A stretch of DNA of 35,243 nucleotides, taken from positions 1-35,243 of IMG/VR virus record IMGVR_UViG_3300023293_000046; one strand, 5' to 3'. The translations under genes were made by a program, and so were the position numbers. The DNA comes from a virus. Lineage: Duplodnaviria > Caudoviricetes. The notes below the pieces were generated by a model, which did no database searches, had not been told where the DNA came from, and was given only the letters and a program-made list of their open reading frames with translations. This document shows, piece after piece, positions 8,314 through 18,709 of this stretch (position 1 is its first letter; the number at the start of each line of letters is the position of its first letter).

Positions 8314-10479
8314 ATGGCAGAACAAGTAATTTTAGATATTAGCATTCCTCTAACCGACGTACAAAAAGCGGAGCAGGAAATAGGCAAGATGCGCGGGGAA
8401 GTTGACAAGCTTAAGACCGCTAATAAGGAACTCGAAAAAACTTCAGTAGCTTATACAAAGAACGCGATAGAAATAAAGAGATTAAGCGGAGAGATTCGCA
8501 CTAATGAAAGGGTTTTAGTCTCCAACACCAAGGCACAACTAGCTAACGAGGGAAGCGTGGATCAACTACGCGCGCAGCTATCGAAGACGTCTATACAGTG
8601 GGCAAAACTATCCAAGGATGAGCGCGAAAACAGCGAGGTTGGCAAGCAACTAACTGCGCAAAAGAAAAGCGAAACCGACCAACTCAAAGCCCTAGAAAAG
8701 CAAACAGGAGACAACCGAAGAAATGTAGGTAACTACTCCGAGGGAATGAAAGAGGCGTTAAAGTCTAGCGGACTATTCGCAAGAGAGCAGCAGGCACTTG
8801 CTACGGCTCAAAGAATTGTAGCAACCACAACGGGCGGGGTAAACAAAGGGCTTAAACTGTTTAGGCTTGCCTTAATTGCAACTGGTATTGGTGCTTTTGT
8901 GGCATTAATTGGAACATTAGTATCGGCATTCCTAAGCACTCAGCGCGGGGCGGATGCGCTAAACTCAGTAATCAAGCCATTGCAGTTTGCTTTCCAGAGA
9001 ATTGTGGGAGTGTTCCAAAAAGTAGCGACAGCCTTAGCTGATTTAGATTTTCGCAAGGCATGGAACGAGTTAAAGTTATTTGGCAGCGAAGTCAAGGCGG
9101 GAGTTAAAGATGGCCAAGATTTCGCAAAAAGTCAAATTGCAATTAAAGATGCTCAACTAGCACTTGCTACCGTCCAAGGTGAATTAAACCGCAAGATTCA
9201 AGAGCAGAAAAGCATTGTTCAGGACGTTCTTAAAACCGACCAAGAGCGGACTAAGGCAGGAAAAGAAGCTATTGATGCGCTAAATCAAAGAACAGATTTA
9301 GAGGCCAATATTCTTAAGGAGCAACTTAAACAGGCCCAGTTAGCAGCTAATCAGAATGACACAGATCGAGATGCTAAGATAGAACTAGCTCAGTTAACTA
9401 GCGATCTTGCACAGTTAGAGGCTGACCGATTAAGTGCAAGCCTAGAGATACAGAATCAATTAAACGGAATCGAAAAAAGTTCAATCGAAAAAAGCAAAAC
9501 CTTAGCCCTTGAATTATCGAAAGCACAGATTGAGCAAGCACAAATTACTAGCGATGAGATAATAAGAATCTCGGAAGAGGAATCAGATAAGCGGGTATTA
9601 ATCGAAATGCAAAGGAGCAGGCGTGTTAACGATCAAGCACTATTAGCTCTCAAGCAAAGTCTAATTAACGAGGAAATAACGCGGGATGAATACGATTTGA
9701 AGCTTTTAGAACGCGAGCAAAACTTATTAAACTCACTTAGAGCAGCAAGAGTAATCGCGGGACTAGATACTACCGAGTTAGACAATCAATTAGCAGATAT
9801 GCAAATTGCTAACATTGAGCGCGTAAAATCTGCAAATCAGCAAGCATCAGCAGCTACGGTGGCAATCAAAGGGGATGCGTTAGATAGCGAATTAGGAATA
9901 GCAAAACAAGGGGTAAACATCGCTAAGCAAGCAGCGGGAGACAATGCCGAAGCGCAGAAACTCGCAGGATTGGCGGCTATCGGAATTAATCTTGCCGAGA
10001 CGATAACCAAGGCATCAACTTTAGGTCCAGCGGGTATTGCTTTCGCGGTTTTATCTAGTGCAATTGCGGCTGTTCAAACCGCTAAGATCAAGTCCACAAA
10101 TACAAACTTCGCGGACGGTGTGATAGGATTAAACGGACCGGGAACATCCACAAGCGACAGTATCAGCGCGAACTTATCAAGAGGCGAATCAGTAATAACC
10201 GCGAAGGCGACAACGGCTTACGCTCCAGTTCTTGCGCAAATGGAGCAAGCGGTAGGTAATAAGCCGAATTTTCAAATGGGCCACAAGCGGAACTTTGCCA
10301 ACGGGATTATATCAGCGGGAACAAGCCCAGCGATAAGCAGCACAAGAGCAGAGAACGCAAGCCTAAGCCGTGTTAGTGACGAGATAGGCAAGCGGAAAAT
10401 CTATGTATCAATTGAGGAGTTCGAGGATAAGCAGCGGGACTTCACCGAGGCAAAGCAGTACGCTAATATTGTGGAGTGA
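8314..10479 (+). CDS. Tape measure protein
   Basis: 721 aa of Ala/Gln/Lys-rich coiled coil, RNVGNY, hydrophobic LIATGIGAFVALIG segment, C-terminal FADG...GPGTSTSDSI...LSRGESV. Confidence 0.85.
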   Translation: MAEQVILDISIPLTDVQKAEQEIGKMRGEVDKLKTANKELEKTSVAYTKNAIEIKRLSGEIRTNERVLVSNTKAQLANEGSVDQLRAQLSKTSIQWAKLSKDERENSEVGKQLTAQKKSETDQLKALEKQTGDNRRNVGNYSEGMKEALKSSGLFAREQQALATAQRIVATTTGGVNKGLKLFRLALIATGIGAFVALIGTLVSAFLSTQRGADALNSVIKPLQFAFQRIVGVFQKVATALADLDFRKAWNELKLFGSEVKAGVKDGQDFAKSQIAIKDAQLALATVQGELNRKIQEQKSIVQDVLKTDQERTKAGKEAIDALNQRTDLEANILKEQLKQAQLAANQNDTDRDAKIELAQLTSDLAQLEADRLSASLEIQNQLNGIEKSSIEKSKTLALELSKAQIEQAQITSDEIIRISEEESDKRVLIEMQRSRRVNDQALLALKQSLINEEITRDEYDLKLLEREQNLLNSLRAARVIAGLDTTELDNQLADMQIANIERVKSANQQASAATVAIKGDALDSELGIAKQGVNIAKQAAGDNAEAQKLAGLAAIGINLAETITKASTLGPAGIAFAVLSSAIAAVQTAKIKSTNTNFADGVIGLNGPGTSTSDSISANLSRGESVITAKATTAYAPVLAQMEQAVGNKPNFQMGHKRNFANGIISAGTSPAISSTRAENASLSRVSDEIGKRKIYVSIEEFEDKQRDFTEAKQYANIVE

Positions 10480-10863
10480 TTACTTAATCTTAATCACTAC
10501 CCCAAACACGAAGCAGCTTTGTTGTAAATCGATATAATAATGCAGCCCGATAAGCGGGGAAACTAAACCCATGTCACGCGATGCGGTAAGGTTTAAGCGA
10601 ATATCTACACCTTGAGTATAGCCTATTAGGTTAGCTCCAACTTGAACACCACCGAGCGCGACATTAGCACCCGTGGCGAAGTAAGGCCGATCTTGGAATA
10701 GACCTACCTCAATAGCGTTATGAGAAAAAGGCACACCTTTAAACTCACGATTAACGCGGTAGGATAAAGACAGCCCACCATCGGTTACGTTCTGGAGCGG
10801 GACGAGCTGCGCGAATGATTGGAAGGATAAAAGGATTAGGGTTAATATGATTAGTTTTTTCAT
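10480..10863 (-). CDS. Exported protein, possible small outer-membrane beta-barrel
   Basis: Sec signal MKKLIILTLILLSFQSFA followed by alternating amphipathic beta-strands; has its own promoter. Confidence 0.6.
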   Translation of the reverse strand: MKKLIILTLILLSFQSFAQLVPLQNVTDGGLSLSYRVNREFKGVPFSHNAIEVGLFQDRPYFATGANVALGGVQVGANLIGYTQGVDIRLNLTASRDMGLVSPLIGLHYYIDLQQSCFVFGVVIKIK

Positions 10864-10885
10864 GGCTTATAAGTTATTAGTTAAG

Positions 10886-10893
10886 CAAATGTA
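10886..10893 (-). promoter_or_regulatory. -7 element TACATTTG (minus strand)
   Basis: caaatgta on the + strand, 22 nt upstream of the ATG at 10863. Confidence 0.65.
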
Positions 10894-10918
10894 AACTAAA
10901 AGTTTTAGATAACCTAAT

Positions 10919-11182
10919 CTATACAGTTAACGCCATTTCAATAGTCCCCTTGATATACACAACATAGTTCCTCTTCGCCTCCGTTCTCTTAGACGACAAG
11001 ACAGCCACGTTAGCCAGGTGTAGTTCTCTGTCGTTCTTAAAAGACTTACTAAGCTCTAGTTGTTCCTTAAGGTGCTTATCTATCTCCAATAATCCAGCAA
11101 TGATTAGACCAGCGTCCTCGTGCCGTTGTTTAATATCGGCTACTGTTACCTTTTTCGGCTTGATTCCTATTAAATCACTCAT
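10919..11182 (-). CDS. Hypothetical protein
   Basis: 87 aa; overlaps the stop of the upstream small ORF. Confidence 0.6.
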   Translation of the reverse strand: MSDLIGIKPKKVTVADIKQRHEDAGLIIAGLLEIDKHLKEQLELSKSFKNDRELHLANVAVLSSKRTEAKRNYVVYIKGTIEMALTV

Positions 11183-11309
11183 TCTCTTCTAGGTCTTTTT
11201 GTACTAATGTTTTAATTCGGCTAGTCATGCTTTGCCCTATCTTATTACACGCCTTTTGAAAGCTGTCTTTGTAAGGTGCAAGATTAACTGTTATTCTATC
11301 GTCTGACAT
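11175..11309 (-). CDS. Small putative ribbon-helix-helix (Arc/CopG-like) regulator (44 aa)
   Basis: MSDDRITVNLAPYKDSFQKACNKIGQSMTSRIKTLVQKDLEENE: alternating strand RITVNL, helix, G-x-S turn, helix. Not in the ORF track. Confidence 0.6.
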   Translation of the reverse strand: MSDDRITVNLAPYKDSFQKACNKIGQSMTSRIKTLVQKDLEENE

Positions 11310-11325
11310 ATTATTGAATATCTAG

Positions 11326-11333
11326 CAAATTTA
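11326..11333 (-). promoter_or_regulatory. -7 element TAAATTTG (minus strand), divergent from the capsid operon
   Basis: caaattta on the + strand, 16 nt upstream of the ATG at 11309. Confidence 0.6.
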
Positions 11334-11416
11334 CATAATTAATATGTAGCTATTACATAATCACTATTATATACTAATCCCTCTAATTAACTTAGCGCGA
11401 ACTAAACAATAGTCGA

Positions 11417-12697
11417 TTGGATATTTTACGCATCAACGGTATTATAGGAGAGCGCGAGCCAGCATTAGAGTCGATTCTAATAGCTAACGGCGTTGGCGAA
11501 AACTTCACCGCCCAAATGATGCGCGACTATCTCAGCCAAAATACCGAGGGGCCGTTTACCATAGAGGTTAATTCTATCGGTGGGGACGTAATCCAAGGTT
11601 TTGAGATTGCCGATATGATCGACCGCGAGAAAGCAAAAGGCCGCGAGGTTACTACTATAGGTATTCAGTTCGATTCTATTGCATCAATCATATTTTTAAA
11701 AGGAGACATTAGAAAAGCCGTTCGCGGTTGTGCTGCATTGATTCATAATTCTTGGCTTCACCCAGATCAATTAGGGGATACCTCTTTAAACGCTCAGACG
11801 CTTAGAGAGATCGCCGACGATAATGACGAAGCCGACTTTGCTATGATGGTCGAGTACTTAGCCAAGGCGGGACGAGACAACAAGCGATTGATTCAGGACT
11901 TAATGCGCAATGAGACACAGCTAACAGATAGACAACTGATAGACCTCAATTTTGCGACTGAGATGGTAGCACCAATGAGTACCGTTAAACACGGCAAAGC
12001 TTTAAGCTACAATTCCAAAGCACTTAAAGCAATGGCTGTACAATCAGTACAAGAGGAAGCAATAGAAAAAGAAACAAAAGAAGACGAAGATTTAATTTTA
12101 AAAACGACAGAGATGAGCGACGAATTAAGCGCAATCAAACAAGCCATGAAAACGCTTAAGGCGTTGATAGTTGGTGGACGTAAATCCATGGTCTTACCCT
12201 TAAAGGGTGGAGCGGGTGAACTTTTTGTTTTTTCCGAGGACGGAGAAATAGAAGGTAAAAGAGCGGTATTAGCTGAAGGTGGAGAACCCACAGAGACGCC
12301 AGCACCAGAAGGGCCACACGATTTAAACGATGGCCGATCTATTACAGTAGGCGCGGACGGAGTAATCCAGTCTGTAACTGAGTCAGCAGTTGACGCGATG
12401 ACGGCAATGGAAGCGGATAAGGAAAAGATGGTTGCCGAGATGGTTGTTAAAGACGAAGCTTTAGCCATGAAAGACGAAGAAGTTAAAGCGGCTCAATTAG
12501 CCTTAAGCACTTTCAAGTCCGAAACTGAAACTAAGCTAAACGCTATGGCTGCAAGTATTGAAAAGCTTAGCGCAGTGGTTCCCGGTTCAGGAAAAGAGCC
12601 AACACGTCACGCGATGTTTACCAAGAGTCAAGATAGCGTTAAAGATATGAAGCCAAGCGATAGACGTTTAGCCTCACAAATTGCTTCACGCAAATAA
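11417..12697 (+). CDS. ClpP-like prohead protease fused to a scaffold domain (TTG start)
   Basis: VNSIGGDV, DSIASII (catalytic Ser), LIHN (His), ETQL...LNFA; acidic coiled-coil C-terminal half; directly upstream of the capsid gene. Confidence 0.9.
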   Translation: MDILRINGIIGEREPALESILIANGVGENFTAQMMRDYLSQNTEGPFTIEVNSIGGDVIQGFEIADMIDREKAKGREVTTIGIQFDSIASIIFLKGDIRKAVRGCAALIHNSWLHPDQLGDTSLNAQTLREIADDNDEADFAMMVEYLAKAGRDNKRLIQDLMRNETQLTDRQLIDLNFATEMVAPMSTVKHGKALSYNSKALKAMAVQSVQEEAIEKETKEDEDLILKTTEMSDELSAIKQAMKTLKALIVGGRKSMVLPLKGGAGELFVFSEDGEIEGKRAVLAEGGEPTETPAPEGPHDLNDGRSITVGADGVIQSVTESAVDAMTAMEADKEKMVAEMVVKDEALAMKDEEVKAAQLALSTFKSETETKLNAMAASIEKLSAVVPGSGKEPTRHAMFTKSQDSVKDMKPSDRRLASQIASRK

Positions 12698-12718
12698 TTA
12701 ACATAACAACTTATTACA

Positions 12719-13918
12719 ATGGCAGCAAATCCAACGTTTACAACTCCAACCTATGCAGGTGAGTTTTTTGATGAACTATTCGGCCCAACCGTATTAAACC
12801 CCGCAGGTCTTGAGGACTTAGGTTTAGCTACGGTTATCGACCGAAGCAAATACAAAGAGACTATTTACGATGCAGACGATACTATCGTACTTGCAGATTC
12901 TAGTCCTACCTATACCGATCAAAGTACTACAGCTAATCTAAAAGAGATTAACTTAGAGTTGATACCTTACCAATTCAATAAGACTATTAGCTTAGACACT
13001 ATTCGTTTAAGTTGGTATTCTAACAAATTGGGCGCTGGTTCAATGGAAGATTACAGCTACGATCAGTTAGTAGATCAGTATATCAAAATGGTATATGTTC
13101 CTAAATTGAATCAGGCACAAGCTAACTTAATCCTTAACGGTAAGACTGGCTTAGACGCGACTGTGGGTAGTTATACCTTTAGTGCTTCTTATAGTGGAGT
13201 GTACAACTTGTTCGACGCTTCTAGCGATGTAAACAAGATTAGCATTGCAGCCGACGCTGTTAATGTTGCAACAGTAATAAAGGGAACCACCACTACCTTA
13301 ACAGTAGCCAGTGACGTTACAACCCTATTACAGGTTAACAACATCATATCGGTACGTACCGCGGCTGGTACTGGTTGGTCTGCAATTAATGGCGATCACA
13401 CAATCTTATCTCTAACCGCTACAACTGTAGTTATCGGAGTAGATACTGACGCATTGACTAGCTCAAACTATACCGATGATTCTGGTTCTATTCAGTTCAT
13501 CAATGCTAACAACATGGTGAAAAAGGTTGCATCTCACTACCGCGCACTACCTACTCAGGTACGTCGTAACGATGTGAAGATTGTTATACCTTCTCACCTA
13601 GAGTTAGAATGGCAATTCGCAGTGTCTGAGGCACAACAAAACGGAGGCGAGTACTACCTAAAGGCTCACGATCTGAAAATGATTAATGCCCAGATAGTAG
13701 TATTAGACAACGCGCCAGCTAACACCATCGGAAGTTGGGAGGCTAGTCGTGTATTCTACGGATATGATCTAAGCGATGACTACAGCAAAGTTTCTGTATT
13801 GTGGCAAGGTGACGGTACAGGCGATGAAGTGTATCACTTAAAAGGAAGAATGAAGACAGGCGTAGCGCTTACTTCTAAGTTCCAGAGTGAAATTACTCTA
13901 TCTACTCCAGACGCATAA
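12719..13918 (+). CDS. Major capsid protein
   Basis: 399 aa after the protease/scaffold; N-terminal TYAGEF; followed by a terminator. Confidence 0.8.
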   Translation: MAANPTFTTPTYAGEFFDELFGPTVLNPAGLEDLGLATVIDRSKYKETIYDADDTIVLADSSPTYTDQSTTANLKEINLELIPYQFNKTISLDTIRLSWYSNKLGAGSMEDYSYDQLVDQYIKMVYVPKLNQAQANLILNGKTGLDATVGSYTFSASYSGVYNLFDASSDVNKISIAADAVNVATVIKGTTTTLTVASDVTTLLQVNNIISVRTAAGTGWSAINGDHTILSLTATTVVIGVDTDALTSSNYTDDSGSIQFINANNMVKKVASHYRALPTQVRRNDVKIVIPSHLELEWQFAVSEAQQNGGEYYLKAHDLKMINAQIVVLDNAPANTIGSWEASRVFYGYDLSDDYSKVSVLWQGDGTGDEVYHLKGRMKTGVALTSKFQSEITLSTPDA

Positions 13919-13925
13919 TTAACGA

Positions 13926-13953
13926 GGGAGGGCCAACACTCTCCCTTTTTTTT
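13926..13953 (+). terminator. Rho-independent terminator after the capsid gene
   Basis: GGGAGGG / CTCTCCC stem followed by T8. Confidence 0.8.
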
Positions 13954-13976
13954 CTAACATTTAAAACATAAAAATT

Positions 13977-14564
13977 ATGTGCGTAACATCATTAAGTGTC
14001 GGGTTAGCCGGTACTTGCGCTGCCGTTAAAAAAGCGGGAGGCGTTAATAAAGCAATATACGCGGGGTCTGTAAAGGACTTATCTAGCGTAACATTTGCCA
14101 CTGACGGATCGCTTGAGTCTATTACTCTAGCGTCGACTAAGCAAATGGTTAAGTTTGTAGGTCGCAGTACTAAGAACACAGCAAGCGAGCCTGTAACAGC
14201 AGAGGGAGAAGGTAACGTAAACGAGTATGTACATACTGTGCAGCCCGTACTATATCACTCCACACAAGCAGAGAGAGACGCTATAGAGGACTTGTTCGCA
14301 TTAGATCAGGCTTTCTTTTTCATACCAACTAGAAGCGGTCAGATATTAGTGTACGGAATTTCTAAGGACGTTAATACTTTACAGGATTTTGGTCTTAAGT
14401 TAAGCGAAGGAGACGACGCTCTAGGTATTGAGTTAAACGATATGAATGCTCAGACCTGCACGATGGCAGGTAATATGTTGCATAAGTCTATCATCTTTGA
14501 CGAGACAAGCACCTATGCTAATAACATCACAACTATCGAGGCTTATCTAACTCCTGCCGCGTAA
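13977..14564 (+). CDS. Major tail (tube) protein
   Basis: 195 aa; N-terminal C...C....AGGV pattern of Bacteroidota siphophage tail tube proteins. Confidence 0.65.
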   Translation: MCVTSLSVGLAGTCAAVKKAGGVNKAIYAGSVKDLSSVTFATDGSLESITLASTKQMVKFVGRSTKNTASEPVTAEGEGNVNEYVHTVQPVLYHSTQAERDAIEDLFALDQAFFFIPTRSGQILVYGISKDVNTLQDFGLKLSEGDDALGIELNDMNAQTCTMAGNMLHKSIIFDETSTYANNITTIEAYLTPAA

Positions 14565-14815
14565 TGATTAGTTATAGGCTAAAAAAAGAATATCAAAACA
14601 AAAGAGTAGCGGTTGCAATCGGTGACCGCTCTTTTGGTATTGATGGTAACTTCTACGGAACTTACAGTAATGCTAATAACCTAATCGAAGACAACAAGGT
14701 CCTGTTTAGTAAATACTTTGAAACTCTAGAAGGTGAGGAGATTATCCCACAAGTTGAAGAGGTACAAGAAGTAGTACAAGAAGTAGTAAAGCCAAAGAGA
14801 CGCAAGAAGTCTTAA
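14564..14815 (+). CDS. Hypothetical protein with basic C-terminal tail
   Basis: 83 aa ending EVVKPKRRKKS; translationally coupled. Confidence 0.65.
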   Translation: MISYRLKKEYQNKRVAVAIGDRSFGIDGNFYGTYSNANNLIEDNKVLFSKYFETLEGEEIIPQVEEVQEVVQEVVKPKRRKKS

Positions 14816-14835
14816 CGAATAACATCTAATTACCT

Positions 14836-16446
14836 ATGCCGAACTTTTCACTCAAAGCGATGCTGTCCTCGATTCGCGACTCAATATCCCAAGACGGGCG
14901 AGCGTGGAGATGGGGGACAAAAGATAACTTTCCCAATATCATAATAGATAGTGCGAATGATTCAGGAGTGGCGAGGGAGTGCATAGATAAGTTAGAGACT
15001 TTCATCGCGGGTGATGGGATTAAAGATCAAGCGTTTCTTGATACGCTGGCTAATCCGGATCAAACGTGGGGAGAGTTAGACCGTGCCATTAATCAGACAT
15101 TGGCTTACATTCCAGGAATTGCCCTTCGCGTATTGTACAATGCGGGGGGCTTACCTGCTGAGTTCCATTTGCTACCTATTCAGAACGTGAGAAAAAGATA
15201 CGACGGGCAGTTTATATACAGCCCCGACTTAGGTGATCCTAGCGGTTTTCAATCCTTCACAGGTAGACATCGCGAAATAATACCCGCGTTTGGAACAGCT
15301 AAAACACCCTCAGAGGTTAGGGCTATGATGGCTAAACAAATAGCTAAACATGATAGGCAGCTTGGTGAGTTACTTTACACCTTTACTCCTGGAGTGGGTT
15401 TAAATTATCAACATTATCCTGTACCGAAATGGTCATCGGGATTAAACGACATTAACGCAGACGCGGCACTATCTCTACACGAAGAAAGTCAAGTATCAAA
15501 CAGCTTCAAAGCTGGCGTAATTATACAGACTAGACCATTAGATAAAGTACTTAAAGACGAGAACGGGCGCACAGAATACGACTACTTCCAAGCGGAGTCT
15601 GAAAAGTTTTGCAGCCCTGACGGATCGCCAATACTACACTTAGAAACTCTTAACGGGGAATCTGCCGCCTCTGTTACGCCCTTAAATATCCAGCATCAAA
15701 TGGATGCTACCGAGAAAGCAACCGACAGAATAGGCCGCAAGGTGTGTAGGTTGTTTGGTGTGCCTCCTATCTTATGTGGATTTGCTACGGCAGGAACACT
15801 AGGAGAGAGCCAAGAGCTAGTTAATCACATGAAGTTATTTAACCTTACTCTTAAAAAGAAGTGGGAATTAAAAGAACGTATGTACAAATCATTGTTTCCA
15901 GAAGTACCAAAGGAGAACTTTGAAACTGTAGAGATTGACATGTTTAGCTTTTTACCAGATAAGGTTATTGAAAGCATGACAGTGGAGCAGGTTAATGAAG
16001 CGTTCCAACTGCCAGCGGTTAAGGATAAAGTAGACCAAGAAGTAAGCTCTAGATTTGCCGAGTTTGGCGTGGGTGGTGTTCAAGGTATCTTATCAATTCA
16101 GACATCAGTGTCCGAGCAGATTATAGGAATAGACGCAGGCGCTAAAGTGTTAGAGGTTATTTACGGATTTGATGCCGAGCGAGCCTATCAGATGCTTGGA
16201 GGCGTGGCAACTATTGACAACGAAGGGCAAGTAAAAGACGCACCTAAGGAAGAAGTAAGAGAGGTAAACGAACACCTTAAGACACTAACAGGTAAACAAC
16301 AGCAGCAGATTGACCGCGTAGTTAGGAAGTTCAACAAAGGAGAACTAACAGACAGCCAAGCAATAATGCAATTGACCTCAGGCTTTGGGTTTACAGATGA
16401 AGAAGCGAAGACGTATTTAGCAATCGAAGAAACAACAGAGGACTAA
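14836..16446 (+). CDS. Portal protein
   Basis: WGTKDNFP, FIAGDG, HYPVPKW, FGVPPILCG...GTLG: Bacteroidota phage portal motifs. Confidence 0.85.
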   Translation: MPNFSLKAMLSSIRDSISQDGRAWRWGTKDNFPNIIIDSANDSGVARECIDKLETFIAGDGIKDQAFLDTLANPDQTWGELDRAINQTLAYIPGIALRVLYNAGGLPAEFHLLPIQNVRKRYDGQFIYSPDLGDPSGFQSFTGRHREIIPAFGTAKTPSEVRAMMAKQIAKHDRQLGELLYTFTPGVGLNYQHYPVPKWSSGLNDINADAALSLHEESQVSNSFKAGVIIQTRPLDKVLKDENGRTEYDYFQAESEKFCSPDGSPILHLETLNGESAASVTPLNIQHQMDATEKATDRIGRKVCRLFGVPPILCGFATAGTLGESQELVNHMKLFNLTLKKKWELKERMYKSLFPEVPKENFETVEIDMFSFLPDKVIESMTVEQVNEAFQLPAVKDKVDQEVSSRFAEFGVGGVQGILSIQTSVSEQIIGIDAGAKVLEVIYGFDAERAYQMLGGVATIDNEGQVKDAPKEEVREVNEHLKTLTGKQQQQIDRVVRKFNKGELTDSQAIMQLTSGFGFTDEEAKTYLAIEETTED

Positions 16447-16991
16447 TGGAATTACTTTTAAAAGCCGACATGCAGACTTACACACCGTTTGCGGCTGCAA
16501 CTCCTGATGCATTCTTTAACCCAACGAGACAGCAGTTAGTTGACTCTATCGGTGGGCTTATATCCGATGAAGCACTTACCGCAATACTAGCCTTTACACG
16601 CGACGACGTAACAGATGAAGCAACGGCCTTATATAAGTTTTGGTTAGCGTATGTATTACCTTACTCAGTGCTTAGTGTATTTGTAGAAATGTCAGCAACT
16701 CACGGCTACACTTTTTCTACCAACGGGATTATTCAATTCGCAGACCGAGACAACACGAGCGCAGGAGTAGACGAGAAAAGTAGAGGTATGTTTATTCGCC
16801 AATACACTACACAGCGGGAACGATATAAAACACTAATGCAACGGGCATTTAATGACGTTAGCGGGGTCTTTGACTCTACGACCTACACAATTAACACCGA
16901 GAAATACAACACCGTTAAACCCGCTCCAGTGTTTACAGCAATAGGAAGGGTGAACACGGAAAGAGATTTAAGTTCTAAGTTTAGATTATAA
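16446..16991 (+). CDS. Putative head-tail connector/adaptor
   Basis: 181 aa, helical, coupled to the portal gene. Confidence 0.5.
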   Translation: MELLLKADMQTYTPFAAATPDAFFNPTRQQLVDSIGGLISDEALTAILAFTRDDVTDEATALYKFWLAYVLPYSVLSVFVEMSATHGYTFSTNGIIQFADRDNTSAGVDEKSRGMFIRQYTTQRERYKTLMQRAFNDVSGVFDSTTYTINTEKYNTVKPAPVFTAIGRVNTERDLSSKFRL

Positions 16992-17010
16992 CAAAGCAAA
17001 TAATAATATC

Positions 17011-17268
17011 ATGGCAATAACGCAAAGAATAGGATTTTCTACAGACGGCTCAGAAGACTTTACATCAGGAACAGAAGTAGGGCAATGGTACGCAATTAAA
17101 GCGGCTCAGAATGCAGCAGCAACCGCTACCGTAATAATGACCTTTCCATCTGGATCAAGCCGATCAATTACGCTAGGGCCTGGAGAAGTGGAGTATGGAA
17201 AGATAACATCCATCGCAGTAACCGACGGAACTATTAGAGCCTACATCGAGATTAACGTAGCTGTTTAA
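17011..17268 (+). CDS. Small structural protein
   Basis: 85 aa, beta-rich; [17 protein letters not shown]. Confidence 0.55.
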   Translation: MAITQRIGFSTDGSEDFTSGTEVGQWYAIKAAQNAAATATVIMTFPSGSSRSITLGPGEVEYGKITSIAVTDGTIRAYIEINVAV

Positions 17269-18497
17269 TGTTAGGGCTAGGCTTAGGCTTACAGTATAGG
17301 AATCGTTTAGGCTCCTCGTTTTTTGGACTGTTCGGGAAAGCGGCGGCGGGTTGGTCGTTGCAATCTCTTGACGGCTCAGATAGTCGGGCGGTGCAAGTAC
17401 GTAGAAGTTCAGATGATACCGAGGCAGATTTCAGACCTTCGCAAATTAAAAGCGGGGCTTTATTGGCTTGGGTTAATACGCCCGTTGTGCAGTTTCAAAG
17501 TGATTTTTCAAGTGATAACAATCAATTTCCTAACTCGCAGAAGGTAGACCTTACATATAATGAATCCATAGGTGGAGTCAGTAATGCTATTAAAATAACT
17601 TTAAATGGCGGAAACGTCGCTCATTATGTGTATGCTATTAATATAATAGAGCAGGACGTAGAAGCGGATTTAACTTTTGATGTTTACATTCCTTCAAGTA
17701 ATTCATTAGTAGATCAAATATTTAGATCAAGACCTTTGGGTGGCGAGTGGCTAACTCCCACGCCTGACACATGGGTGACTTATACCGCATCAGGCACAAC
17801 TTCAAATACTTCGCTTCTTTTTTATGCTGGGAATAATAGTCAATTTGGCTCAGTAAATGCAGACGGTGATGTTATGTATATGAAAAACATAACTCTTACC
17901 CAAACCACCGCAACGGGAGCCGTTAAAACAATCTACGGTCAAGGTTCGGGATCAAATAACGCGGTGCAAACTACAACAACGGAACAAGCTTTAATTGTTG
18001 ATTCTGGCGCGTTAGTAACAAGTAACGGATTGCCTTCATTGCTTTTTGATGGAGTTAATGATCACTATGATTTTACGGAAATAGCTTTAAATAATTACTC
18101 TATTTTCTCAGTAGTTAATAGTTCGGATTTTTCAGGGAATCAAGTTATTATAGGTAAATTTATTTCCGACTATTTGCGAATAGAATCAGGAGGAGCCTCT
18201 TTAAGAATAACACCTGGTGCTGCTTATTCGGGTCTCTCAGGGTCTATCAATACTCCATTTATTGCTTCGGTAATACGTGACTCTTCTGATGATATAACAA
18301 TGAAGAAAAACAACTCTTCTTTCGGTACAACCGCAAACAGTGCAACGTCATTAGATTTAAGCGTAATAGGTCAAGCTAATGATATTTGGTTTTTTAACGG
18401 AAAAATAAGCTCAATTATAATATACGATTCTGATAAAACATCCGAAGAATCAGCTATAAATGTAAATATAAACGAGCGTTATAATGATATTTACTAA
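17268..18497 (+). CDS. Receptor-binding/tail fibre-like protein with ConA/LamG-like domain
   Basis: MLGLGLGL N-terminus, WSL...[37 protein letters not shown]. Confidence 0.7.
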   Translation: MLGLGLGLQYRNRLGSSFFGLFGKAAAGWSLQSLDGSDSRAVQVRRSSDDTEADFRPSQIKSGALLAWVNTPVVQFQSDFSSDNNQFPNSQKVDLTYNESIGGVSNAIKITLNGGNVAHYVYAINIIEQDVEADLTFDVYIPSSNSLVDQIFRSRPLGGEWLTPTPDTWVTYTASGTTSNTSLLFYAGNNSQFGSVNADGDVMYMKNITLTQTTATGAVKTIYGQGSGSNNAVQTTTTEQALIVDSGALVTSNGLPSLLFDGVNDHYDFTEIALNNYSIFSVVNSSDFSGNQVIIGKFISDYLRIESGGASLRITPGAAYSGLSGSINTPFIASVIRDSSDDITMKKNNSSFGTTANSATSLDLSVIGQANDIWFFNGKISSIIIYDSDKTSEESAINVNINERYNDIY

Positions 18498-18709
18498 TGA
18501 AGCACTACATTTTTAACACCGAACAAGCGGCACTAGATTACGATAAGGCCGTATGCGATAAGCACAACTTTAGCGAAGGAACAAATTTCGCGAACCCGCG
18601 CAAGCATCCCACCAAAAAGAAGTGGGCAATTTCCGCGAGTCCAAGGGTGGAAGTTGAAAACAAGGAGCCAATAGAATTAACTAAAGACTGGTTTAAAGAT
18701 TCGATATGA
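18497..18709 (+). CDS. Hypothetical protein (fibre-associated)
   Basis: 70 aa, coupled; HPTKKKWAI...LTKDWF. Confidence 0.6.
   Translation: MKHYIFNTEQAALDYDKAVCDKHNFSEGTNFANPRKHPTKKKWAISASPRVEVENKEPIELTKDWFKDSI

Noticed and set aside
17268-18497. Diversity-generating retroelement targeting the fibre gene
   Set aside because: No reverse transcriptase and no template/variable repeat pair seen.
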